A stretch of DNA of 64,000 bases from Malacoraja senta (taxonomy: Eukaryota). The stretch's first letter is position 1. Each line of letters opens with the position of its first letter. Shown piece after piece: positions 11,986 through 25,395 of this stretch. Position numbers and translations under genes: made by a program. The notes under the pieces are model-generated. The model saw nothing but the letters and a program-made list of their open reading frames with translations. It ran no database searches and was not told the DNA's origin. The DNA lies in assembly GCA_038087875.1 (NCBI GenBank), contig JAXLNO010005073.1, positions 310,001 to 374,000 of the forward strand. The letters are read 5' to 3'.

Positions 11986-12003
11986 CTCTGCATTTACAGT
12001 GAG
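11986..12003 (-). CDS. Candidate 18-nt cytoplasmic micro-exon xHCKCR(G) with CxC motif
   Basis: Acceptor ccattcctgcag, donor gtatga; phase 1 to 1; sequence CTCACTGTAAATGCAGAG. Confidence 0.62.
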
Positions 12004-12914
12004 CTGCAGGAATGGTCAGCATGAACAAGACACCCTTATATTGCTATGGAAGGAATCGACTATGAATAAGTGAATTAACACAGCAATTGACAGAGCAGCA
12101 GCCCGGGCAGGAAATAAGCTATGAAGCTGCATCTGTGGCTGGGATAAGATATCATCAGAGAAGGGTCTCAAGATCCATCAAGGCAGGGAAAAGTGCCTGG
12201 GAGAGCTTGGTGAGGGGCCTCGCATTGACCATTACCTTCTAAGTGGTAGGCCAAATCAGTGGAGTGAAGCCCAGTGGAAGGTTAACCACCACAGTCCACA
12301 GGGTATCAGCACCCCAGGTGAAGCTCAACCAAGTACTGTCCCACCAACGGACACGAGTCCAGAGCCCAACCAGCCACAGTCAGCGGTAGAGAGGAAGATG
12401 GAAGGATAAAAGCAGAATGGAGCAGTCACTGGCTGTGGCTGAAGAGAAAAGATGCTGTCTGGGCTGCCACGTGACCATCTAGAGGCTAACCATAAGACAC
12501 ACACCCAGGGCTGATCACCCTGTGGTGGGCCTGCCTTGACTGAAGGTGTCTTGTGATAAAAGGCCGAAACACCCAGTGATGTTGAGGTACACAACTGAAG
12601 ATGTGTCTGATTGGTAGCAAAATCACCTCGTGGTCTCCCCCAAGAATATTGGGTCAGTTGTGGTGAAGAAACTTAGGGATTGTAACATCCAGTCCTACTA
12701 AACAATATCAAAAATTTGTAATTCAAGGAAGTTTGCGCTGATCACTTCTAGCTCAGTCAGGAGTTGTGTAGAAGAATGTTCTTCAGATGGACATAAATGG
12801 TGTCTTGGTTTCACTTCTCATCACCAACGACAATGCACAACAGTGTTGTAACAGCAGCCTGGATGTCACTGGTTGGATCTCTGGAGTGGCTATTGTACCC
12901 TTTCAGAGTAGGCT

Positions 12915-13049
12915 AGGGGACCAGAACCCACTTAGAGTAGGTTAGGGGACCAGAACACACTCCCTGTAGTTTAGGGGAACAGAACACACTCCCTGTAGTT
13001 TAGGGGACCAGAACACACTCCCTGTAGTTTAGGGGACCAGAACACACTC
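12915..13049. repeat. 29-bp tandem repeat, about 4.5 copies
   Basis: taggggaccagaacacactccctgtagtt units. Confidence 0.9.
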
Positions 13050-14026
13050 GGAGAAGGCTGGGGAGGTTGAACCCACCCAGAGAAGGTTGGACTCCTAACT
13101 GAGCCTCAGCTGACTCTCCCACTTCATGTCGACGGATAGAGTGAGGGACCTTATCCCAGGAATGCCTGGTGCTGTTGTAAGGTGGCCAAAGACAGCAGGG
13201 TTTCAGACTACTCAGTGCCAATAATCCTCACTGTGATAAAAGTTTAAAACATTTAAATAAAGTCATTTTACCACCAGATGCTTTTGGCTGGAAGGAGATG
13301 GATCCATAATGAATACCTTCTTCTGTATCTGTGGAAATAAGTTGGAAACAAAGAATTTATTTGTATTTGAAAAGGGATGATTTAAGTCAATGCAGGGTCA
13401 CGATACAAAACACTGATCATCGCTTTCCCTCCATAGATGCTGCTCGACCCATAGAGTACCTCCAGCAGTTTGAAAAAACCCTCCATGAAAAGTCACATCT
13501 CCTAACCTCCTTGTTTTGACTTCTTCCTGGGATGGTGGAAATTACAAAGAGAATTTGAGTTAATTTGGCTTGTGGAGTTTAGAAGAATGACAATGGTTCT
13601 CATGGAAACATAGAAAATTCCAACAGGTAGACCAGTCTGGATGGAGGAAGATGTTCCCTGTTGGGGGAGACCATGACCAGGGGTAAAGGTTTAAGCCAAG
13701 AGACAATAAGGATGAAGATGAGGAGAACAAAGAATCTGTTACATTCTCTACCACACATTTGTCTGGAGCCAAATCATTCAGTACATTTTAGTAGTTGTTG
13801 AATTTATTGACAGATACACAACAATGGCGAGGTACAGGTACAATGAAAATGTTGCCTGCAGCAGCATCAGAGGCATTTTGACTAAGGCAACACAACACAT
13901 AAATGAAGCATAAATTACAAAGACCACAGGTTAGTGGAAAAAAAGACTGCAAAACACAAACTAGAGACCAGTCATATGTGGACTATGATCAAGGAATATG
14001 GGTAGATATGATCAGCTGAGGTTCAG

Positions 14027-15145
14027 TTTAGTTTATTGTCATGTGTGCCGAGGTTCAGTGAAAAGCTTTTGTTGCATCAGCAGAAAGACAATATATGAAT
14101 ACAATCGATCCCTTTACAGTGGAACACAGTGGAATACAATTGATCCATACTGTGGAACAAGGTAAGGAATTGATATTTTTCTCATTAAAATATGAGCAAT
14201 GTCTGATTTATTGAAAGGTTCCTTCAGATGTTTCAAGAAAGATTTCACTGTTGTTCATCAGATTCATCAGAAATGTGGTCTAAATTCTGGCAAAAACAAT
14301 ACTGTCCACCATTTGACCACGGATGGCTCAAATCCCCCGACCGAGGAAGATCACAAGTGAAGGACTTGAACTTTATTTCACCTTCCATCACAGTGAGGAA
14401 TGTGTAGGAGTCACAGTGGTGGATGTTCATGTTAAAATGTGTTTTTGTGTCTGTTGCTTTTTAATTGTATGACTGACCTGGCCAGTGAAATTCCTCGTAT
14501 GTTGCAAAACATACTTGGCGAATAAAATATGATTCTGATTCTGTCTAAGGTAGAAACAAAGAACTGCAGATGCTGGTTAATACACAAAGGGACACAAAGT
14601 GCTGGAGTACCTCTGCAGGTCAGGCAGCAACTCTGGAGGACATGTATAGGTGAAGTTTCGGGTCGTGATCCTTCTTCAGACTCAAAAGAAGGGTCTCGAT
14701 CCGAAACATCACCTATCCATCATCTATTAATGATGCCCAAACCATTCTGAAATTTTGTTATTTTCACTTTAGAATAAAATCTGAACTAGTGGCAAAGTGA
14801 ATTGGAGGCATTTAATGCTAGATGATATTTTGTGAAAGGGATGGTGACTTTTGAAAGGGCAAGTGTTGTCCATTCTTTAGAGAGCCACTAACCAAGCTGA
14901 TAACCAGGATCAACAATAAATTAGGAGAGTGAATATGTTGTTCATGGTGATGTCTCAACATTCATGGGTTGACCATGATAGTCAGTGAAAATTAGTCAAT
15001 TGACCAATGCAGAGTAAGACCTGCAGTTGGATGAGGAAGATTGGGACTGAGGGGTGAATTGACACAAGAGAGACTGTTGGTTTGATCAATTAGTTTGTGT
15101 GCTTGAGGTTCCCTTCCTCACATTCTTGTTACAAAACTGTGAAAT
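14027..15145 (-). repeat. Inverted copy of the region downstream of the Ig-receptor TM exon
   Basis: Reverse complement matches 45286-46393 (e.g. gatccctttacagtgg / ccactgtaaagggatc). Confidence 0.92.
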
Positions 15146-15263
15146 TTAAAAACATTGACGTCATTTACTAAACACCTCATTTACTAAACACGTCATTTAC
15201 TAAACACTCGAAATTTAGTTGAGATAGAAAATAGGAAGCGAAACAGCCCAGAGCTTAGAATAG

Positions 15264-15407
15264 ACAAATCATTGTGGTTAAACTGCAAGATAGCTCTTCA
15301 TGCAGCCTTGACCATTGCTCTGAATGATTCAGGACCTGATGCAAAATTCAGAGCAATGGTCAAGGCTGCAGGAAGAGCTGTCTTGCAATTTAACCACAAT
15401 GATTTGT
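15264..15407. mobile_element. Palindromic MITE-like element
   Basis: Approx. 60-bp imperfect inverted arms (acaaatcattgtggttaa...ttaaccacaatgatttgt); related partial copy near 24770-24860. Confidence 0.65.
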
Positions 15408-17145
15408 TTTTTTAACCACAATGATTTGCTTCCTGTTTTTTATCTGACTAAATTTCACAATTTGTAAATAAACATCAGAAGTGTGAAGGACAAAGACAAT
15501 ATCAAACCATCCCAAAACCTATTGAAACATGCAAAAGAGAATCAGGGGTGGATTATTTGTCACTTTGAGCCTGTTCAATCATTCCAAACAATCTCATATT
15601 CCAATTCTCTCCCGATAAATTTTGATGCATTTTATGTCAAATAAATCTATCCCCTACTTAACAGGATTCAGTGACCTGCCATCTACCATTTTCTGTGGGG
15701 TGGATTTCAATGGCTCACCATATTCACAATGAAGAAATGTCTCAGCCCTAAATGTTTCACCCCTTATCTTGCGTCCAAAACCCCTTGTTCCAGATCCTAC
15801 AGTCACTGGAAATATCTTTATGTATCAAGTCTGTCTAGCTCTGCTTTGAATGTTGTTTAATTTAGAGAGGTCATGTTTAAGTCTTCCAAACTCCAGTGAC
15901 TACTGGCTCAGTCAGCTCCTCCTCTCCTTACACATTAGTCCTGCCATTCCAGGAATCAGTCTGGTCAGCCTTGGCTGCATTACATATGTGGCTGAAAAAA
16001 CCTTTCTCCGGTAAGGAGAGCACAAAGACATGTTTGGAGAGACATAGGCCAGGCACAGCCAGTTGTGATGGGGTCAGTTGGACATCTTGGTCAGCATGTG
16101 TGCGTTGGGTCGATGTGTCTATTTCCATGCTCTACAGCTCTATGACTCTCTGCTGCATCTGTGTATATTTGGCAAGTAACTCAACTGACTGACATCACCT
16201 GGAAACCTCTTTGCATCCTCTTTGCTTCTCCTACTTACTCTCATTTTCATGTCATCAAACTTAGAAACATTAAATTTGTTTCCTTGTCAATACCATTGAT
16301 GAACATTGAAAATAACGGACTCAGGAACCATCATTCATCACCAACTGCCACCCTAACGAAGTCTTCTCTCTGTTTCCTGTCTGCCAAATAATTTTCAATT
16401 CATGCCTGTTTAATATTGTCTAATCCACATATTAAAAAATTCAAAGACCTTCTAAAAATTTGACACATACTCTTGTTCTCCCTGAAACAAACAAAAACAA
16501 TCTGCTGGAGGGACTCAGTGGGTCAGGCAGCATCTGTCGAGGGAAATGTGCAGATGACCCTGTATCGTGACCCTTCTTCAGTTGTCAATGGTCATCTGTT
16601 CATTTACTTCCACAGATGATTCCTGATCCACAAATTCCCTCCAGCAGTTTGCTCTTTGCTCGTGTTTCCAGAATCTGCAAACTCTTGGGTCTCCACATCT
16701 TCTCCCTTATCTATTCTACATGGTACGTCACCATCATCTCCAATGATTTCGCTTACATAAATTCAAAAATACATTGTCTTATCGCATAAATTATTTTAAA
16801 ATATCCAAACACTGTTTTGGAACCTGGAAGCACCAAACCAGGTTGGAGATTGAAATATTTTTTAATGAATAAAGAGCAGTCATTTGTAGAGAGAAACACC
16901 ACTATTTTATTTTTTTAATCAGTGGAAAGTAGCAAAAATAATGTTAAAAATTATGCTTTTTGGTCAAGACAACAACAATGCAATAGTTAGATACTATCCT
17001 TATAATAAATACATCCTCAGCACACATGCCCCATGTTCTGTTCTCACGTATTAAAAAAATCTCATAGTAATAAAAAATTACATAAATAGAATTATACGGA
17101 ATTACTTTTAAATGTAAAGGGTAAATAGAGACGTTGTTTCTGAAG

Positions 17146-17211
17146 ATAACATCAGCGTAAAAGATGAAGGATCTGTGTTAGGCCCTGTTTACACTTCTGC
17201 TGTGAAACTCA
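17146..17211 (+). CDS. Possible orphan exon (D)NISVKDEGSVLGPVYTSAVKL
   Basis: 66 nt; acceptor gttgtttctgaag, donor gtaagt; open in phase 1-1. Confidence 0.35.
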
Positions 17212-17404
17212 GTAAGTGCCCCAATGGGGACATTTGCACCAGATAAGACAGGTGATGATCCCAGTGTTTAGAATGTGAGAGTGACGGACAGTGTGAGTTG
17301 GAGGGGGAGATGAGATGAATTACGAAGAGAAAGATTCAGGGACTGGGGGAAAATATCAAAACAGAGGGTGAGCAGCAATAAAAACGAATTGTATTTCTCT
17401 GCAG

Positions 17405-17460
17405 AATTCACACAATATGGGGGAAATGAGTTGTTAACCCGGATTAAGGAAGGAGCCTGA
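17405..17460 (+). CDS. Possible orphan terminal exon (K)FTQYGGNELLTRIKEGA*
   Basis: Acceptor gtatttctctgcag; phase 1 compatible with 17146-17211. Confidence 0.3.
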
Positions 17461-17779
17461 TTAGATTTCTTGTCACAATGAGGACGACACTAACTCCTGA
17501 GCTGATGATGAGCTGCACTTTGTGATTCCCACCAGAATTTTTGCTCATAAATCTTTGTTTTTGGATATGGGCCTTAGTGCTTAGGCTTCCATTTTTAACC
17601 CATGAGGATGTGACCATCCTTATTTCACCACTGAGGTGTTTAGTAAATTATGTAAATGATAGGAGTAGGCCCCACAAATAACGAAGGACCACCAACATCG
17701 TTCTTGATGTTGCTGTACTGAGGGACAACAAAGTCTATCTTTCTTGGCTAACAACCTAACCTTCAGCCTCCAAGATGCA

Positions 17780-18745
17780 GGTACATTTTCTAGCAATGTT
17801 ACAAAATTTTGAGATATTAAAAATCAAGTCTGCAATTTATCCCATCAGATAAAGCATAAAAAGTTTAATTTGACACCTAATTCACTTTCATATCTTCAGT
17901 ATTAATAAAGTTATGGCCATTTTCATACTCGGAAATTAGTATCTTGTTCCCTATTGCTTTTCCATTGACTTAACACAAAAGCTGTGACCGAGGACAGTCA
18001 AAAGCCCATAACTTTCTTAAAGATTAAGAGAACTGAATGACATTTTCAGTTATTATAGATTGAAGCATTCTGAAACAAATATAAAACATCTTACTTGGAT
18101 GACCTGAAATTAAAGCATATAATTAGTTAATTACCTAATTGTAGCTAATTACAAAATTGACCATTGTGACGGAAATAGCAATAAACACCCAGACAGCCTT
18201 GAAAATTCAAAAATGTGATATTCTCAAGATCAGAACTTTAATATTATTGTATTATAAGCTGTAATTCTGTAACAGATAGGTAAATAAATTGCAATTTCTA
18301 ACAATAGACTAGGTCTTTATGGAGAAGATCAGTTGCTAGCTTGTACATTGGCATATCATAATCAGTAGCATCATCATACTCCTCAGATTGTAACCAATAA
18401 GCAACTCTGTACACCTTGTTTTTCCTCAACTTTTCCATTTTGGCATTGTAAACTACAAGTTTTTGCTCTTTAAACCACGCATGACATGCCTTTCTGCCCA
18501 CTACTTTCCCTTTAAGAATCTCCTGTAGATTCCCTTTCTTAAGAAAAGGATAATTTAAAACAAATAGCCTAAGTATCCAAATAACAAACTAATCCCATTC
18601 ACACAGGAATTCACAATATAACATGATTTTTAAATCTCATTGTCATGAATTTATATGCCAGATGGAAGGAATTTAATGTTTAATTCCCATAAACTAATCT
18701 AAAAACATCCACTCAATATAATCAAAATCTCTGTAGAACCTGCAA
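17780..18745 (-). mobile_element. Probable DNA-transposon remnant with a coding C-terminal fragment
   Basis: Minus-strand ORF about 18298-18530, NLQEILKGKVVGRKACHAWFKEQKLVVYNAKMEKL...YWLQSEEYDDATDYDMPMYKLATDLLHKDLVYC*, in AT-rich repeat-like DNA; family not established. Confidence 0.4.
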
Positions 18746-19383
18746 TGTGATGTTACATATATATTGCAATCAGTGATGGAAATGGGTTTTAGGACTGGGG
18801 ATACGCTAAGGTCCGTGAGGCTGAGGTTGGGCAGGAAGGGGGGGGTAGTCGCTATAAGCCCCCCATGATTTTTTTTATCTAACACTGATATTGAAGATAG
18901 ACAAAAGCTGGAGTAGCTCAGCAGGACAGGCAGCGCAGCGACTCTGGAGAGAAGACCCTTCTTCAGACTGAACTGAACTCTTGTCGGTGAGAGTACTTGT
19001 GATTGTCTAAAGAAGGGTCTCGACCAGAAACGCAACCCTCTCCCCAGAGCCCCTGCCCGTCCCGCTGAGCCATAAACAGGGAGTTGAAGGTAGACACAGG
19101 GGGGTTCACCTTCAACTTCAGAGCCAAACAAAAAACACAGAGTGCTGGAGGAACTCAGCGGGCAAGGCAGCCTCCGCGGAGGGAACAGATCACTGATCAG
19201 GAGCCGCCACGGGCCAGGACTCCCCCCCCCGAACAGAAAGGAACCGCAGATGCAGCCGTCACTGCAAAACGTCTAAGAAGGAACTGCAGATGCTGGAAAA
19301 TCGAAGGTAGACAATAATGCTGGAGAAACTCAGCGGGTGAGGCAGCAACTATGTAGCGAAGGAAATAGCCAACGTTTCGGACC

Positions 19384-19419
19384 AGGTCTGAAGAAGGGTT
19401 TCGACCCGAAACGATGCCT
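19384..19419 (+). ncRNA. Minimal type I hammerhead-like motif of a Penelope-derived repeat (triplet mutated)
   Basis: AGGT-CTGAAGA-A-GGGT-TTCG-ACCC-GAAAC-GAT-GCCT. Confidence 0.55.
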
Positions 19420-19894
19420 ATTTCCTTTGCTCCATTGATGCTGCCTCACCCGCTGAGTTTCTCCAGCATTTTTGTCTACCACAGAACGTCAATGATTCCG
19501 GGAATGCCGAGAGAGCTGGAGAGAGACGAGATGGGGAGCGGGAGAGAGAGAGCGCGCGAGAGAGAGAGGGAGGGAGAGAGCGAAAGACAGAGAGACACAA
19601 TGTGGGTCAGTAGGTCCATGCATTGATGACACATTGTATAACTACTTGCTAACTACTGGCTGTTAACAAGTGCTACAATAATAGTTAACAAATCGTTTGT
19701 GTCCGACGGCCGTGCAGCGGTTGTTATCCATGTTCGTTTTGTAAAAAAATCCGTATGGCGAATGTTAAAAAAAAATTCTTTATTGAACAAAGCGAATATG
19801 TATTTCCGTACGAAATACGGAAAATTAACGCGGGGCTCCCCTTAGGCGCGGGCCCCAATTGGGAGAAATCGGTCCAATCGGCTTAAGGTCGGCC

Positions 19895-20400
19895 CTGCCC
19901 TGACTCTACTATCTTCAAGAGCCCTATCTAGCTCTCTCTTGAAAGCATCCAGCGAACCGACCTCCACAACCCTCTGAGGCAGAGAATTCCATATTCACAA
20001 CCCTGTGTGAAAACGTTTTTCCTCATCTCCGTTCCAAATGGCTTGCCCCTTAGTCTTAAACTGTGGTCCCTGGTTCTGGACTCTCCCAACATCAGGAACA
20101 AATGTCCTGCCTCTAGTGTGTCCAAACCCTCAATAATCTTATATGTTTCAATAAGATACCCTCTCATCCTTCTAAATTCCAGAGTATACAAGACCAGCCG
20201 CTCCATTCTCTCAGCATATGACAGTCCCGTCATCCCGGGAATTAACCTTGTAAACCTACGCTGCACTCCCTCAATAGCAATAATGTCCTTCCTCAAATTA
20301 GAGGACCAAAACTGCGCACAATACTCCAGGTGTGGTCTCACCAGGGCTCTGTACAACTGCAGAAGGACCTCTTTGCTTCTATACTCAACTCCTCTTGTTT
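19895..20400 (-). mobile_element. CR1 LINE fragment
   Basis: ORF 19928-20356 with RPHLEYCAQFWSS. Confidence 0.92.
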
Positions 20401-22459
20401 GAATCCTTTATCCTTTAAATGTAAAGGATGCCCTTTGTGTTCATATTAAACCTTATCATCTCACCTCAAACCCGTGTCCTCTGGTTCTTGATACCCCCAC
20501 ACTGGATAAAAGGCTCTGTTCATTCAGCCTATCTATTCCCCTCAATAATTCAACTATCTCAGCCTCCTGCACTCCAAGGAATAAAGTCTGAGGGAGCACA
20601 ATTTTTCAGGCCCATACAGCTGATCCAATATTGGTCTCAACACCACCTTCCCACTTTTCCCTCGTCTCCTGACTTCTGTTGAGTTTATAGTCAATCATCC
20701 TCTTCCTTGAACATAGTCAATGTCTCAGCCTCTGCAGCTCCTTTGGGAAGATGACATCAAAAACTGTTGTGCCAGTCAGAACAATATGGGATGACTTTGG
20801 TGTAATGACAAAACATTGTCCTCAATGAGTGTGCAATGGTTTTCTGCTTTCTGCCAAAGCCATGGTCAACAGATTCACCTGTAGCAGGTGGACAGGAGAG
20901 GAGGTCAAGTAGGTCAATCCCTTGTGTTGGCTCATTCTCTACCTGCTGTAGAAAGAGCCTGGCAGACACATCCTTCAGGGTTTGGCCATCTCAGTGAGTG
21001 GTCGTGTGACCAAGCCACTCCCAATGATGGATGCTGAGGTCCACACCCAGTGTACACTCTGTACTCTTGCTTCTTTTAATGTCATTCGAGATTTTGCTCA
21101 GCTGACCAATAATGGTGGGCATTCAATAGGACAGTGAAAGCTTCCGAATGGTGAAATCTGTGGAATCCTTCCCATGAAGAGGCAAGTGAGGAAAAAGTAT
21201 GTTCTTTCTCCTTTCACCAGGGCCAATCCTCTCTCCGGGAATGGTTCAGTTTATCCTAATGGGTGCAATGGAATTGCCAGCATGTTTAATGAACACAACC
21301 CTCTATGGGGGTTTTTTCATCATGATATGGCAGGACCTCCCTGGATTGCATGTACTCTCTTGTGGAACATCAGGCCCAGCAGGATGCAGCAAAGCACCTG
21401 GAGCTCTCCCATTTGAGATCCATTCGAAATGTTCAAAATCCCAAAGGTGCAAGTTCGATTCCAGATGGAATCTTTATTTGTTGTATATTTCTATATCTGA
21501 ACACATTTGTATCAACACCAGTGGTGCCGGAACCCTGAGCTGGAGGGGGAGTGTCATTTAGTTTGACAATAGACAGTGTCAGTTACTGTGCAGTGTGAGG
21601 GAACCTCCGCTTGTCCTGTGCTGGGCTCAAAGCCACATTGCTGCTTCTCCAGAATTCCACACAAGTTCCTCTGCAGAAGGTCAGTAAACTTCAGACATTA
21701 TTCTTCATTGGTAATAGTGGATTAAATGAACGGGATTAAATGATTGAAATGTAGTTTGCAAAACTGATGTACTTCTTCAAATGTTATTGTGAAATGTGTT
21801 CTCCTATTACAATGATGGTGTCTTCACTAAAAAGGGAACAAATTTCAGTGTTTTTGCTACATCCGACTGATTAAAATCCAAAATAGCGGTGTTTCTCTTG
21901 ACTATTCAAATGCACTTTATTCTTTCCCTCATTTCAAATTTCCTGTTTCCTACCTGCTGTATGAAAAGATTGCAATATATAACCTTGTTTGTTGTTTCTG
22001 TTTTCCAAAACAATGTTTTGATCTTGAAAAAAAAGAAATTGTTGGATGAATCATTTTCCTCCACAGATGCTGCCTGAGCCGCTGAGTTCCTCCAGGAACT
22101 TGTTTTGTTTTTTTGGCTTCAGGGAGAAGAAGTGGATGTGTTGAATTTTCAGAAGGTCTTTGATAAAACCATGCATAGAAGATCAACAAGGAATATTAAA
22201 ATATGTGGATTTGGCAATGTTCAACTGGGATGGATTGAAAATTCTTTAGCAGGCTAGGATCCGAGACGTCTTTTGGGTGGCACATGGTGACCAATGAGCC
22301 ATCATTGAAACCATTGCTTGAGCCTGTTATTTTCAATGTACATTAATGATTTTGACAAGTAAGTAAATTTAATATTTCTAAGTTTTATGACATGAAAGTG
22401 AGAGCAATTAGGAGAAGCAAAGAGGATGCAAAGAGATTTCCAGGTGACCTCAGTCAATG

Positions 22460-24720
22460 GACAATAGACAATAGGTGCAGGAGTAGGCCATTCGGCCTTC
22501 GAGCCAGCACCGCCATTCAATGTGATCATGGCTGATCATCCCCAATCAGTACCCCGTTCCTGTCTTCTCCCCATATCCCCTGGCTCCGCTATTTTTAAGA
22601 GCCCTATAGAAACATAGTAAATAGGTGCAGGAGTAGGCCATTCGGCCCTTCGAGCCTGCACCGCCATTCAATATGATCATGGCTGATCATCCAACTCAGT
22701 ATCCTGTACCTGCTTTCTCTCCATACCCACTAATCCCTTTAGCCACAAGGGCCACATTTAACTCCCTCTTAAATATAGCCAATGAACTGGCCTGAACTAC
22801 ATTCTGTGGCAGAGAATTCCAGAGACACTATCTAGCTCTCTCTTGAAAGCATCCAGAGAACCTGCCTCAACCGCCCTCTGAGGCAGAGAATTCCATAGAC
22901 TCACCACTCTCTGTGAGAAAAAGTGTTTCCTCATCTCCGTTCTAAATGGCTTACTTCTTATTCTTAAACTGTGGCCCCTGATTCTGGACCCCCAACATCG
23001 GGAACATGTTTCCTGCCTCTAGCGTGTCCAAACCCTTAACAATCTTATATGTTTCAATGAGATCTCCTCTCATCATTCTAAACTACCGAGTGTACAAGCC
23101 CAGCTGCTCCATTCTCTCAGCATATGACAGTCCCGCCATCCCGGGAATTAACCTTGTAAACCTACGCTGCACTCCCTCAATAGCAAGAATGTCCTTCTTC
23201 CAATTAGGGGACCAAAACTGCACACAATACTCCAGGTGTGGTCTCACTAGGGCTCTATACAAATGCAGAAGGACTTCTTTGCTCCTATATTCGATTCTTC
23301 TTGTTATAAAGGCCAACATGCCATTCGCTTTCTTCACTGCCTGCTGTACCTGCATGCTTACTTTCATAGACTGATGAACAAGGACCCCCAGATCCCGTTG
23401 TACTTCCCCTTTTCCCAACTTGACACCATTTAGATAGCAATCTGCCTTCCTGTTTTTGCTACCAAAGTGGATAACCTCACATTTATCCACATTAAACTTC
23501 ATCTGCCATGCATCTGCCCACTCCCCCAAGCTGTCCAAGTCACCCTGCATTCTCATTGCATCCTCCTCACAGTTCACACTGCCACCCACCTTTGTGTCAT
23601 CTGCAAATTTGCTAATGTTACTTTGAATCTCTTCATCCAAATCATTCATGTATATTGTAAATAGTTGCGGTCAGCACCGAGCTTTGCCGTACCCCACTAG
23701 TCACTGCCTGCCATTCTGAAAGGGACCCATTAATCCCCACTCTTTGTTTCCTGTCTGCCAATCACTTCTCTATCCATGTCAGCACTCTACCCCCAATACC
23801 ATGTGCCCTAATTTTGCCTACTAATCCCCTATGTGGGACCTTATCAAATGCTTTCTGAAAGTCCAGGTACACTACATCCACTGGCTCTCCCTTGTCCATT
23901 TTCCTAGTTACATCTTTAAAAAATTCCAGAAGTTTGGTCAAGCATGATTTCCCCTTCGTAAATCCATGCTAACTCGGACCGATCCTGTTACTGCTATCCA
24001 AATGTGCGGCTATTTCATCTTTTATAATTGACTCCAGCATCTTCCCCACCACCGATGTCAGGGTAACTGGTCTATAATTCCGTTTTCTCTCTCGCTCCTT
24101 TCTTGAAAAGTGGGCTGACATTAGCTATCCTCCAATCCACAGGAACTGATCCTGAATCTATTGAACATTGGAAAATGATCACCAATGCGTCCACTATTTC
24201 TAGACCCACCTCCATGAGGACCTTGGGATGCAGACCATCAGGCCCAGGGGATTTATCATCCTTCAGTCTCATTAGACTACCCAATACTATTTCTCGCCTG
24301 ATGAACATTTCTTTCAGTTCCTCTACCCCCTTAGCTCCTCTGTCCTCCAGTATTTCTGGGAGATTGTTTGTGTCTTCCTTAGTGAAGACAGATTGGAAGT
24401 ACCTGTTCAACTCTTCTGCCATTTCCTTGTTGCCCATAATAATTTCACCCACGTCTGCCTTCAAGGGACCACATTTGACATTGCTATTCTTTTTACCTTA
24501 ACATATCTAAAGAAGCTTTTACTGTCCTTCTTTATATTCCTGGCCAGCTTCCCTTCGTACTTCATCTTTTCAGCCCGTATTGCCCGTTTTGTTTCCTTCT
24601 GTTGTCCTATGAAAGTTTCCCAATCCTCTGGCTTCCGGCTACACTTTGCTGTGTTGTACATCTTTTCTTTTAGTTTTATTCTATCCCTAACTTCACTTGT
24701 CAGCCACGGTTGCCTCCCAC
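22460..24720 (-). mobile_element. CR1 LINE ORF2, 3' portion, fragmented
   Basis: ORFs 24461-24739, 24072-24464 (KSPGPDGLHP) and 23083-23649 ([21 protein letters not shown]); two CR1 tails near 22460-22700. Confidence 0.93.
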
Positions 24721-25307
24721 TTCCCTTAGTTGAGAACAAATCAGGAAGTAAAACAGCCCAGAGATCAAAATAGACGAATCATTGTGGTTGAATTGCATAA
24801 AAGCTCTTAATGCAACCTTAACCATTGCTCTGAATTTTGCTTCAGGTCCTGAATGTGATATGAGTTTGTATGTTGGTTGCACCAAGCTTCAGTGCGTCCC
24901 TCAACACGTTTTCCTGCAGTCTGGAGTGGGTCAGGTGGCAACATTCCCTGATGGAACACACTTTGACATATCGTTGCTTCATTCCTCAGCACAGTAACAG
25001 TATGTGGGAGATGGGGCAATGTTCCTGTCCTTATAATCCAGCCTTTGACCCACAGTGAGCAGCACCAGAACGGAAGTATTGCAATTGAAGTTTTATCTTT
25101 AGAAACAAAATAGACACTTCCTCAATCTTACATTCAATGGCCTTAGCATTGAAGGCAAGCATATCATACGCCTTCTTCACTACCCTAACTACTTGTGCTG
25201 CCACTTTCCGTGAGCTATCAACGTGGACTCCAAATGCACTGAAGATATGTGTCTCAAACTGGCTCAGTCTAAAATTCTATGTTTTTTCCCCACAGGGAAT
25301 CCACAAA

Positions 25308-25395
25308 ATGAGGCCCAGGTTTTTCTGCAGCAGTTTGCCAGCTGGTTTGATGTTCGGTGTCTTTGTTTTCCGGCTTCGACCTGTTTCCACACAGA
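25308..25395 (+). CDS. Leader (signal peptide) exon MRPRFFCSSLPAGLMFGVFVFRLRPVSTQ
   Basis: Acceptor ttttttccccacag ends at 25295, ATG 25308, donor A|gtaagt, phase 1. Confidence 0.75.
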
